Below are positions 33,188 through 41,933 of a stretch of DNA of 64,000 nucleotides, in pieces (position 1 is the stretch's first letter; every line of letters starts with the position of its first letter). The stretch covers positions 909,691-973,690 of the forward strand of contig CAVRJA010000014.1 in assembly GCA_963721405.1 (NCBI GenBank), written 5' to 3'. The DNA is from an uncultured Acidobacteriota bacterium (GTDB taxonomy: Bacteria > Acidobacteriota > UBA6911). The position numbers and the translations under genes are program-made. The notes beneath the pieces were generated by a model, which saw only the letters and a program-made list of their open reading frames with translations, ran no database searches and was not told the origin of the DNA.

Positions 33188-34777
33188 TCACGTAGGCACC
33201 TGTTCGCTTCCGGCCGGCCGGGCTATCCGCAACGAGATCCGGCTGGCCGTGCCGCCGGCATATTGGATGGGAATCTCGTGCGGACCCACCTGCAGGCGGA
33301 ACGAATCCTGCAAGGCGATATCCTGCTCGAAACGGCGGTTGTCCGGCGAGCCGCGCATCTCGAAATGGACCGTGGCGGGCGATTCGTGCTGCCACAGGAA
33401 ACCGTGGCGCCGCGTGGTGATCCTGGTCAGGCGGATCTGCCACAGGCTGTCGCCGTCGAAGATCTTCCAGCCCTCCCCGACGCGCAGCGTGTGCGGTCCG
33501 CGGATCCGCGTCAACGGGTCAAACAGAGAGCAGGGAACGTCACCCTCCTTTGAGATCGCCGACAGGAGCTCGTCAGGCCGGACCGATTTGCCGCCATAGG
33601 ATTGCAGGTACGCGCGTATCTGTTCGCGTTCGTGCGCCGAAAATGGGGAATCTGCGGCTTCCACGGCGTTGCGGCGAAAAATCTCGTTCATGCGCTGGGT
33701 GATGTCGACGGGGCCCTGTGTTCCCCCGTTTGCAGGATCCAACGCCTCCAGCAACAGTTCGTGTTTGCGCTTCCACACCCGGAGTTTCTCCTCCAGGACA
33801 TTCAGCTCTGCCTGTACGAGTTCCTGCCGCAGCGCTTTTCCCTTGAGCGTGCGTTCCTGCTCGATGGCGCGCACGGCAGCTTCGTGTTCGGCCTGGTCGC
33901 GTATCTCTTCCAGTTTTCCCGCCAGGACCGCCTGCCGGAGGGCGCCGCGCACCTTGTTGCGCTCCACTTCCCGTCTCGCGGCTTCATTCTCCAGGGCAAG
34001 GTCCCCGTACTCCCGGAAGAGCTGGTCAAGCACGGGGCTGAACAGTCTCAGGCTGGTTACCTGCAACACATCGCATACGGATCCTCTCAAAGCGTCCTGA
34101 AGCCATTGCAGCGCCTGCCCGCTCCATTTGGCCTGTTCGTCCGGATGCTGGTAGGCCTCCTCCGCATTCATGGACGAAACCCACTGCCGGGCGGGAAGGG
34201 ATACTCTTGAGGCGACATTTTCCGCGATCTGTTCCGGCGAGAAGGAGATTTCATTCAGGGTGGAGGCCGTGAGACGCGAGGAATCGATCTTGAAAACCGG
34301 GCGGATTTCCAGCTGCATCGGCTGATGGTCGCGGGCGAAAAGATCTCTCAATTGGAGCACCACAGGAAACTCGGCGTTGCGCCAGACGATGGCGCGCGCG
34401 TTCTCCCCCAGGCCCATGGAGGCGATCATTTTTGCCACATCCCGGCGTCCGTATTGCCCGGGTTCCAGTTCGCGCTGGATAACTCCGGCATCCAGCACCA
34501 CGGCGCGCCATCCCCAGTCGACGGTAAATCCAGGCTGAGACTTGTCCAGTTTGAATGTGCGGATCACATCGCCTTCGGGCAACGAGGGGCGAAACGGTTC
34601 TCCCGGCGCCTCGACCATCCCCGCGGTCCGTTTGATGAGGTGGACGAGTTTTCTCCAAAAGCCGAGTATCAGGCTCATCGCAATCGTAGTTGCGATTGCG
34701 AGCGGGAGATTCTGCTTGAGCTTGAGCCAGAGATCCTGGAGCTGATCCAGCCACCACGAGTCCATAGTGAACTCCAT
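33188..34777 (-). CDS. membrane-anchored SPFH-like / coiled-coil protein
   Basis: N-terminal TM (LPLAIATTIAMSLILGFW). SPFH-like region (GFTVDWGWRAVVLDAGVIQRELEPGQYG...EFPVVLQLRDLF...LEIRPVF). Long Ala/Glu/Arg-rich coiled coil. Globular C-terminal domain. Confidence 0.6.
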   Translation of the reverse strand: MEFTMDSWWLDQLQDLWLKLKQNLPLAIATTIAMSLILGFWRKLVHLIKRTAGMVEAPGEPFRPSLPEGDVIRTFKLDKSQPGFTVDWGWRAVVLDAGVIQRELEPGQYGRRDVAKMIASMGLGENARAIVWRNAEFPVVLQLRDLFARDHQPMQLEIRPVFKIDSSRLTASTLNEISFSPEQIAENVASRVSLPARQWVSSMNAEEAYQHPDEQAKWSGQALQWLQDALRGSVCDVLQVTSLRLFSPVLDQLFREYGDLALENEAARREVERNKVRGALRQAVLAGKLEEIRDQAEHEAAVRAIEQERTLKGKALRQELVQAELNVLEEKLRVWKRKHELLLEALDPANGGTQGPVDITQRMNEIFRRNAVEAADSPFSAHEREQIRAYLQSYGGKSVRPDELLSAISKEGDVPCSLFDPLTRIRGPHTLRVGEGWKIFDGDSLWQIRLTRITTRRHGFLWQHESPATVHFEMRGSPDNRRFEQDIALQDSFRLQVGPHEIPIQYAGGTASRISLRIARPAGSEQVPT

Positions 34778-34808
34778 GAAAAGGTGATCCGTGCCCGCTA
34801 TCGGAGCG

Positions 34809-36026
34809 TCAGTTGCTGTCTGCGAACTCCCGGAACCGCAGCACCAGCTTTTTCAGCTTTTCGGTGTCGATCCGGACGCGCCGGAAAGCCTCGTCGAAAT
34901 CCTTTTTCTGCAACGGACGGATTCTGAGCCTGTAGCTTTCGATCGCCTCCCGGCCCGCATCGACGCAGTGCGGAATCTGCCCGTTCAGCTCCTCGACCAT
35001 CACGTTTACAGCCTGGTTCGCCAGCCGCTCCAGATCCCGTCCGCTGAACCACTCCGTGTTGCGCACTACTTCCTGAAGCGGGTAGTCCAGCGCATGCCCC
35101 TCCTTCAGCAACTGGATCTCCAGAATCGCCTTGCGTGCTTCGGCGTCCGGCAGCGGGATATAGACGCGCTTCTGAAAGCGGCTGAGAATCGCGTCATCCA
35201 GATCCCAGGGCGCGTTGGTGGCGGCGATCGTGAGCACGAACCGGTCCTCGCCCTTGTCCGCCAGCCCGTCGAGTTCCGAGAGAATGGTGGAGAGCATCCT
35301 CCGCTCCGCCCCGCTCTCCGAGCCCTCTCCGCGCGCCAGGCACAGCGACTCGACTTCATCCACAAAAATGACCGCGAATCCCTCGTCGGCTTCGCTGCGC
35401 GCGGCGTTGAAGAGTGCCGTGACCAGCTTGGACGACTCGCCGAAGTATTTGGAGAGCAGGTTGCTGGCCTTTACGTTGAAGAAGGTCGCACCCAGGCCGT
35501 TGCTCGTAGCCGCCGCGAGCAGGGTCTTGCCCGTTCCCGGGGGGCCGTAGAAGAGCATTCTGCGCCAGCCCGAGAGCTTCACGTTTTCGGGCTTCTGCGC
35601 AAGCGCCAGGCCGTAAGTGAACTTGATCTCCCGCTTGGTGGCCTCGAGGCCCCCGATCTTATCCCACGTCACCTTGCTGCGATGAATCAGCGACGCGATT
35701 TCGTTCGTGTACTGCTGCTCGTCATCCTCTGGAGCGCGCTCCCGCACCTTGTCGCCCGGCCCCTGTGATGGCGGCGCAGACGGGAGCACTCTTCGCTTGC
35801 CGGCTTTCAACGCTTCTGCAATCTCGAGATACTGGCGGGACTTCTGCCTTCGACGCATCTGATCCTCACGCGTCAGCGCGTAGTCGGCATAGCTTCTCAT
35901 CAGCTTGGCCGCCTTCGTATAGGTTGCGGAGGCTTCGGCGCCCTTGTTCTGCGATTCCAGCGCCCGGGCCTCGGCCAGAGTTTTATCGAGAGACACCTTG
36001 AGGGGACCGCTCAGGTCGACATCCAT
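34809..36026 (-). CDS. MIT-domain AAA+ ATPase, Vps4/katanin-like (meiotic clade)
   Basis: N-terminal three-helix MIT-like region (LDKTLAEARALESQNKGAEASATYTKAAKLMRSYADYALT...RQYLEIAEALKA). Walker A GPPGTGKT. Walker B FVDEVES. Vps4-like ATNAPWDLDDAILSRFQKRVYIPLPD. Confidence 0.85.
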   Translation of the reverse strand: MDVDLSGPLKVSLDKTLAEARALESQNKGAEASATYTKAAKLMRSYADYALTREDQMRRRQKSRQYLEIAEALKAGKRRVLPSAPPSQGPGDKVRERAPEDDEQQYTNEIASLIHRSKVTWDKIGGLEATKREIKFTYGLALAQKPENVKLSGWRRMLFYGPPGTGKTLLAAATSNGLGATFFNVKASNLLSKYFGESSKLVTALFNAARSEADEGFAVIFVDEVESLCLARGEGSESGAERRMLSTILSELDGLADKGEDRFVLTIAATNAPWDLDDAILSRFQKRVYIPLPDAEARKAILEIQLLKEGHALDYPLQEVVRNTEWFSGRDLERLANQAVNVMVEELNGQIPHCVDAGREAIESYRLRIRPLQKKDFDEAFRRVRIDTEKLKKLVLRFREFADSN

Positions 36027-36050
36027 GACTTGATTCTCCAGACTGTGGGA

Positions 36051-36680
36051 TTAGTCGTCATCGCTGATCTTTTCGGCTTTGATGGCTTTGTCGATCTCCT
36101 CGTGGAATCGGGACAGGTCCTCATCGTCGGTTCCGGTCTCCTCCGCCTTCGCCATGTCTCCGATGGCTTTGTCGAAGTCGGCAAAGCCTACGTCCTCTTT
36201 TACTTTTCCCTGAGTGACTCCCAGTTCCTCCTCACCCAGAATCTCCTCCAGCATGTCGTTGAAGGTGTCGTCGTCGACCTCGGCGGAGTCGATGGCCTTC
36301 TGGATGGAGCTGTCTTTGAAGCGCACGATCAGGTTTTGAAGGCTCTTGCGATCCTTCTTTTTCTCCAGCATCTCCATTTTTCGCAGGAAGGAAGTGAGTG
36401 CCGTCTTGGCCAGGGAGAGGCGCCGCAGGTCGCTGTTGACGTATCCGTTGTCGATTTCCACCTGCCTCATCTCCCGGAAAATATCCCGCAACACCTCCTG
36501 TTTGCCCCCCTTCTTGGCGACGACCGCCTCCTTTACCTTCTGCTGCTTGCGCTGCTCCATGACATCGAGGTCGCGCCGCTTCTTTTTCTGATCGCGCTCG
36601 ATCTCCTTGAGCTGAACACGGATATCCGCCGCATTGGGCGACTTGCTGAACAATTTGTCTAGCAGATTCATGACTCTCAC
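36051..36680 (-). CDS. Snf7/ESCRT-III-like coiled-coil protein with acidic C-terminal (MIM-like) tail
   Basis: 209 aa. Basic N-terminal helices (KEIERDQKKKRRDLDVMEQRKQQKVKEAVVAKKGGK). Central region similar to Snf7 alpha4-5 (IQKAIDSAEVDDDTFNDMLEEILGEEELG). Acidic end DDEDLSRFHEEIDKAIKAEKISDDD. 24 nt downstream of the MIT-AAA ATPase gene. Confidence 0.7.
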   Translation of the reverse strand: MRVMNLLDKLFSKSPNAADIRVQLKEIERDQKKKRRDLDVMEQRKQQKVKEAVVAKKGGKQEVLRDIFREMRQVEIDNGYVNSDLRRLSLAKTALTSFLRKMEMLEKKKDRKSLQNLIVRFKDSSIQKAIDSAEVDDDTFNDMLEEILGEEELGVTQGKVKEDVGFADFDKAIGDMAKAEETGTDDEDLSRFHEEIDKAIKAEKISDDD

Positions 36681-36707
36681 TCCTTTGTCAACGGAGATGG
36701 ATCCGGT

Positions 36708-37322
36708 TTAATTCTCCAGGCTCTTCCGGTTTTTCAACGGCTCCTCCCCGGCCTTTATGCCGGGCTCTTCTTTCCTGCCCACGATGCGCTTCTTGATCTC
36801 TTCCAGTCTGCGGCGTTCGGCGGACTCGTCCACGGCGGTGCTCATGTTCGATCCACTCTCTGCCGCCAGGCTTACCCTCTTGTACTCTTCGACGTGGCCT
36901 TCCACCTCATCTACCATGCGGTCGATCTGGTCTTCCCCGACGCCGCGGGATCGCATGGCCTCCATTTCCTGGATCTTGGCGATGAGGTTCAGGTGCAGGT
37001 TTACGTTTTCGTTGTAGATCAACACCTGTTTCCCGAGGTTGGCGCGCTGCTTTTCCAGCCGCTCGATCCGCCGCAGGATGATGGTCTCTTCCGTCGGCGT
37101 GAGTTCGCCCCGCCGGATCGAGTTTTCTTCCGCGGTGACGGCCTTTTCGAGGCCGATCAGTTGCTCCTCGTTTTCGCGCAGCTCGATCTCGTTCTGCGCG
37201 CGAAGCGTTTCCAATCCCTTGATGAGATCTCTCGGGCTCGCCGCATCCTGGTAGAGCCGGCGCGTTTCGTCCGGCAGATCCGTTCGCTGGAACAGGCTTC
37301 TCAGTTTTTCCATCACAGACAT
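36708..37322 (-). CDS. Snf7/ESCRT-III-like coiled-coil protein (paralog 2)
   Basis: 204 aa, all-helical, heptad-rich. MSVMEKLRSLFQ N-terminus resembles CHMP N-termini. Region ...IDRMVDEVEGHVEEYKRV... resembles the ESCRT-III alpha5 pattern. Acidic or basic mixed C-terminus. Confidence 0.55.
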   Translation of the reverse strand: MSVMEKLRSLFQRTDLPDETRRLYQDAASPRDLIKGLETLRAQNEIELRENEEQLIGLEKAVTAEENSIRRGELTPTEETIILRRIERLEKQRANLGKQVLIYNENVNLHLNLIAKIQEMEAMRSRGVGEDQIDRMVDEVEGHVEEYKRVSLAAESGSNMSTAVDESAERRRLEEIKKRIVGRKEEPGIKAGEEPLKNRKSLEN

Positions 37323-37330
37323 GATTCCTC

Positions 37331-40048
37331 CTACCGGATAGATCTTTGGATGTAAGTCTTCCCTTTGTGATCGAGAATCTGAAAGCGTCCGCCGGCGACT
37401 TGAACGGCGGCCGCTGCCGACTGGCGATCCAGATTGTGCTCGGCCAGGAAGGAAGCCATCGTCACCGATTCCCCCGGCAATGCCAGCCTGGGGTGATCCG
37501 ACAGCGCCTTTTCGGCGCGGACCCTCTTCTCCCCGCAGGTCTCCGGATCGAACAGGTCACGGAGGGGGCTTTCGTGGCCAAACACGATCCAGGATGTACC
37601 TTCGCCTTTTTCGACCAGGTAGAACAGCGCGTTGCCGCGCGCCTCGGCGTGCCTCTTCCAGTCTTCCGGCCACCCCGTGGGGGAGAAGATCCCGACGCAA
37701 TAGAAGTCCTGGTCCGTGAAAGCCAGGCCGCCGGGGCCCATGATTTCCTGCAGGATGCTATCCGCACCCTGGAGGCCTGCCCCGCCTGGTGCGAGAGCCT
37801 CGAGGTCCCGCCTGACGGCAGCCAGGATGAAGCGGTTCTTCTTTAACAGTCCGGCAGCCAGGGCAAACTGGGTCACGCCGCCGAATGATCTGCGGAAGGA
37901 CTGGCCCTGCGATTTCGGGTCTATTTCGAATTCTTCCCCGCTCCATGGGTGTATCACGCGTCCCGCGTCTCGCACCTTGAGATCAAACCGATTGATGAAG
38001 GTGTCGCCCCAGCAGGGAACCGGCGCCATCGGAGGGGGCTGGGACCGGAGATCGTGCGTCGTCATGCGGGGGAATCCCTCCGCCGTGAGGCCCGGCCTCG
38101 TGGAAGCAGCCGCCTGCGACGGAAGAAAGACCGGGTCCCTCGCTGCCGCGGCGCCCGAAGCCCTGGGCGCCGGCGCCGGGGACATTTCGGGCGTGGAGGC
38201 GTTCTCTTTGTGTCTCTCGCATGAGCGGTGGCCGAGTTGCCAGCAGATCCGGCATATCGGGGCGCCGCATTCGCGGCATTCCCAGACCGGCGAAAACACG
38301 CCGACTTTTGTCAGGTAGCGCTTTCCGCATCGATAACAGACATCGGGCTCGAAGCCCACGGGCGCCGCGGGCGCGGCCCGGGCCGGAACAACTTCCGGCT
38401 CGTCCACCGCAGGCACGGATCTCACCTCCGCGGGCGCCGGAGCGGCGGCTCGCGACGAGTGGATGTGCGCCGGGGCGCGGCGCTGCGCTTCCCGGCCGGC
38501 TTCCGTCATGTTCACCAGTCCATGTCCCACCTGCATGTCACTGGCATACTCCTGGCCGTCGGGGCCTTTCAGGGGACGGCATGCGAAATAAAAAAGGTCG
38601 ACCAGGTCGGCGGGAGTCGGTTCCCAGCCGAGTGAGCGCAGGATTGATTTGAGCAGCACCAGGCAGCCAGCGATCGCCGGCGTTGCCATGCTGGTGCCCG
38701 AGAGGCGCACGTGGCTCTTGTCCACCACTTCGGATGCGTCATAGCCGGCTGTGGAGGATCTGGCGGCGACCACATCCACGCCGGGTCCCACACAGTTGGG
38801 CTTGCCGAATAACGGTGATTCGGGATTTGCGCTCCCCTGAGCGGAAAACGCTGCCAGGAGTCTATTCTTGTCTATGGCGCCCACCGTCACGGCGGTAGGG
38901 CAGTCCGCGGGGACGCAGATCGACTCCGGGTAGGACGGCATCGGGTTGCCGGCGGCCACGCACACCACGGTCCCCTTGCGGAAGGCTTCGGCGCAGGCCT
39001 TTGACCAGATCGATTGTCCGTTCGGCGTCGTATCCATCTCTCCCAGCGAGAGGCTCAGGATGTCGGCCTTCTTCTCTACAACGGCCCACGCCATGCCCCG
39101 GAGAATCGATTCGAGATTGCCGGCCCTACCGGGGGATAAAACCTTGCCGGCGATCAGGCGGCAGCGCGGCGCGATTCCCGAATACCTGCCCCCGAGGGTC
39201 GTGTCGTCGCCGGCTGCGATGGAGGCAACGTGGGTCCCATGCCCGTCGACGTCTTCCTCCCCGCTGAGGGTGAAATCTTGATAGTCCTCGTGGGATATCC
39301 TGGAGAGTGCCGGGTGGCTGCGGTCGACGCCGGTGTCGAGCACGGCGAGTGTGACGTCCTGGCCGAATTGCGCCATGATGTCGGGAGTGACTCCGAGGAT
39401 CTCCCGGCTTTCCACCATCATGGTGGTGACCGCCATTGGAGCGGGCGCCGTTACGGGGGTCAGCGGATCGGCGACGATCCCCGCCTCGGGCAGGCCGGCA
39501 ATCTCGCGCACGAAACTCATCTCCGGCGGGCAGGTGAGCTTTACGATGCCGAACTGCTCCAGGAGCTCTGCCGGCAGAAGGGCGAACCCCTGGGAGACCA
39601 GGCGGCTCTTGAGCTTCTCCATCGCGCCCGGATCCTGCGACATGCACAGGACCGCGGGCCACTTTTCAGCGGGCACCAGGTCGGAATAGCAGCGCATCGA
39701 TCCGCCGGGATCGTTGCGGACATTTTCCGGGGCGGCGATGTCACGGAGGTCGGAATCCAGGTGCTCCTGCAACCTCGAGGCCAGGGCCATTTCACCGACG
39801 CCCTGTCCGCGAAGCCCGGAGACCACGGTCGAATAACGTTCGTAAGCGTCGCCCCGGATTACCCTGCGGTTGATGACACGGTCGACGCGCAGCCGTTCCT
39901 TCTCGTCGTATTCACGCTCCTCGATGCGTTCGTCGATCACCTCGAAACGCAGGGCGGCCTCGGCTTGCTGAGCAATGACCTGGCGCCGCCTCGCTTCCAG
40001 CGACTGCACCAGGAACGAATGAATCTTCGCATCGACTGCATTGTTCAC
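37331..40048 (-). CDS. subtilisin-like serine protease (peptidase S8) with embedded zinc ribbon and large C-terminal domain
   Basis: Catalytic triad blocks VAVLDTGVD (Asp), DGHGTHVASIAAG (His), SGTSMATPAIAG (Ser). Insert CYRCGKRYLTKVGVFSPVWECRECGAPICRICWQLGHRSCERH. Stop overlaps the upstream gene (40045..40048). Confidence 0.85.
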   Translation of the reverse strand: MNNAVDAKIHSFLVQSLEARRRQVIAQQAEAALRFEVIDERIEEREYDEKERLRVDRVINRRVIRGDAYERYSTVVSGLRGQGVGEMALASRLQEHLDSDLRDIAAPENVRNDPGGSMRCYSDLVPAEKWPAVLCMSQDPGAMEKLKSRLVSQGFALLPAELLEQFGIVKLTCPPEMSFVREIAGLPEAGIVADPLTPVTAPAPMAVTTMMVESREILGVTPDIMAQFGQDVTLAVLDTGVDRSHPALSRISHEDYQDFTLSGEEDVDGHGTHVASIAAGDDTTLGGRYSGIAPRCRLIAGKVLSPGRAGNLESILRGMAWAVVEKKADILSLSLGEMDTTPNGQSIWSKACAEAFRKGTVVCVAAGNPMPSYPESICVPADCPTAVTVGAIDKNRLLAAFSAQGSANPESPLFGKPNCVGPGVDVVAARSSTAGYDASEVVDKSHVRLSGTSMATPAIAGCLVLLKSILRSLGWEPTPADLVDLFYFACRPLKGPDGQEYASDMQVGHGLVNMTEAGREAQRRAPAHIHSSRAAAPAPAEVRSVPAVDEPEVVPARAAPAAPVGFEPDVCYRCGKRYLTKVGVFSPVWECRECGAPICRICWQLGHRSCERHKENASTPEMSPAPAPRASGAAAARDPVFLPSQAAASTRPGLTAEGFPRMTTHDLRSQPPPMAPVPCWGDTFINRFDLKVRDAGRVIHPWSGEEFEIDPKSQGQSFRRSFGGVTQFALAAGLLKKNRFILAAVRRDLEALAPGGAGLQGADSILQEIMGPGGLAFTDQDFYCVGIFSPTGWPEDWKRHAEARGNALFYLVEKGEGTSWIVFGHESPLRDLFDPETCGEKRVRAEKALSDHPRLALPGESVTMASFLAEHNLDRQSAAAAVQVAGGRFQILDHKGKTYIQRSIR

Positions 40049-40755
40049 GGCATTTTGCTCCCGTGCCTCAGAGGCACAACCTTCCCTTCCTCCTGATAAC
40101 TCTCCACCAGATCCAGAGCGACGATCCGGCGCAGCATTTCAAAGGAAACCAGGGCGACCACGCCGGACACCATGGGCAGCATGCGGACGCTCTCATAGGA
40201 CTGCCCGCACTTCGTGCACTTCAAAGCCCGGTCCTGCTGCGGCGAAGGCAAGGCCGACCCGCAGGAACGGCACGGAATCCCGGAAGCTTGCGGCCGGCCC
40301 TCGACCGTTGCCAGGGGGAATCCGTCACGGGCCGCGATTTCCGCCAGCCTGGCGAAAAACGCCTCGCGATTGGAAATCGAAAGGTAGAAGAGCAGGGCAG
40401 GGTGGCGAAGGAGCGTTGCAAGATCCTTCCGAAGCGTTTCCATGGGCAGCTCACCGCGGATGGCGCCGTGGGGAACGGCTGCCCGGCTCAATCCCCGGAC
40501 CATCGTCGTCACAGGGTCCGCAGGCCTGGCGCTGCCCGCTTCGGCCGATGGCGCCCGGAAGGACTCCGCGGCCTCGGAGTAGGATATCATCCGCTTCCCG
40601 CCGGGCGCATGGATGGCGGGCAGGGCCATGAGCCTCCTGAATTCGGCGCTGAAGCGGGCGGCCGAGCCCAGGTGGACGCGCGGATTGCCGAATTCGCGCA
40701 GGAACCCTCCCATGCGTGTGGCCACGGCGTCGAGGTGTCGGTCCAGTGTTTCCAT
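40045..40755 (-). CDS. hypothetical protein with C-terminal zinc ribbon (CRSCG...CTKCG)
   Basis: 236 aa. Translationally coupled between the second MIT-AAA ATPase and the S8 protease. No family recognised. Confidence 0.5.
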   Translation of the reverse strand: METLDRHLDAVATRMGGFLREFGNPRVHLGSAARFSAEFRRLMALPAIHAPGGKRMISYSEAAESFRAPSAEAGSARPADPVTTMVRGLSRAAVPHGAIRGELPMETLRKDLATLLRHPALLFYLSISNREAFFARLAEIAARDGFPLATVEGRPQASGIPCRSCGSALPSPQQDRALKCTKCGQSYESVRMLPMVSGVVALVSFEMLRRIVALDLVESYQEEGKVVPLRHGSKMP

Positions 40756-40761
40756 CAGGCC

Positions 40762-41907
40762 TCAGCTCCCTTCGGCGAATTTCCGGTAGCGCTCCAGCAT
40801 GGACTCGCTGACCGACGGCGGCACCTCCCGAATGGCAGTTTCCAGATCCTCGAGCGTCAGAATCGTCTCGGCGCCGGATCCGATCTGCCGGCGGAACGGA
40901 AGATCGGTCGCCTTGGTGCAGACGCCCGCGATGTCGGCGCCGCTGTACCCGGCCAGTTTCTCCGCCAGGACACGGTAATCGACGGACGGTTCCATGGGGA
41001 TGCCGTCGAGATTGAACTGAAGTATCTGCTCCCGGGCGGCGGCATCCGGAAGGCCGACATAGAACTTCTCTCCGAAGCGCCCGGTGCGCATCGCAGCCTC
41101 ATCCATGTCCCACGGCCGGTTAGTGGCGCCCATGAGCAGAATGCAGTTCGTCTTGGGATCGAGGCCGTCCACCTGCGAGAGGAACTCGGGGACGACGCGG
41201 TTCATCACCGTCGACTGCCCGCCCCGCTTGCCGACCAGGGCTTCCGTTTCGTCAAGGAATATCACTGATATGGGGTAACGGCGGGCGACCTCAAACAGGC
41301 GCGCGAGGTTCTGTTCGGCCACACCTACCCACTGCGACATGATGTTGGAGCTCTTCACGTTCAGGAACTGGGCATCCAACTCGGTGGCGATGGCTTTGGC
41401 GATCATCGTCTTCCCCGTGCCCGGCGGGCCGTAGAGCAGAATCCCTCCCCCGGCTTTCTTCTTGAAGCGGGTTGCGGCTTCGGGATGACGGAACGGGTAG
41501 ATGACCCTGAGGTTGATGGCTTCCTTGACCTCGTTCAGCCCGGCGATCTGGTCGAAGCGAACATCGGGTTTTTCGGAAACGATCCATTTGTTTTCCGGGG
41601 TGAGGTCGGCATCCGGGTCTTTGCCTGAGCCGGCCCGTTCGGGAGAGGCCGCCGGCGCCGTCCCGGGAGGGGATTTCCTGCCTTTGAGCGACATGGCGAG
41701 ATCGCACAGATGGCGGGCCTTCTGCTGCCGGATCTTTTTCAGCTCATTTTCCGATTCCAGGGCGGCCTTGAGCAGGTATCTGGCGGCCATCAACAAGTGA
41801 TACCGGGCCTGCGGGTGATCTCCGATCTTAAGGTAATCAAGGCCCTGATCCCTGTTCTTTCCGTATTGATCCAACAGGAACTGCATAGAGATTCCTCGTG
41901 CCGTCAA
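40762..41907 (-). CDS. MIT-domain AAA+ ATPase, Vps4-like (paralog 2)
   Basis: MIT-like N-terminus (LDYLKIGDHPQARYHLLMAARYLLKAALESENELKKIRQQKARHLCDLAMSLK). Walker A GPPGTGKT. Walker B FLDETEA. ATNRPWDMDEAAMRTGRFGEKFYVGLPD. Confidence 0.85.
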   Translation of the reverse strand: MTARGISMQFLLDQYGKNRDQGLDYLKIGDHPQARYHLLMAARYLLKAALESENELKKIRQQKARHLCDLAMSLKGRKSPPGTAPAASPERAGSGKDPDADLTPENKWIVSEKPDVRFDQIAGLNEVKEAINLRVIYPFRHPEAATRFKKKAGGGILLYGPPGTGKTMIAKAIATELDAQFLNVKSSNIMSQWVGVAEQNLARLFEVARRYPISVIFLDETEALVGKRGGQSTVMNRVVPEFLSQVDGLDPKTNCILLMGATNRPWDMDEAAMRTGRFGEKFYVGLPDAAAREQILQFNLDGIPMEPSVDYRVLAEKLAGYSGADIAGVCTKATDLPFRRQIGSGAETILTLEDLETAIREVPPSVSESMLERYRKFAEGS

Positions 41908-41933
41908 CCGGAAACGTCGGCGCCGTTGCCACT

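Noticed and set aside
40063-41268. 401-aa plus-strand ORF
   Set aside because: Antisense to the Vps4-like 2 and zinc-ribbon genes. Arg/Gly-rich low-complexity translation.
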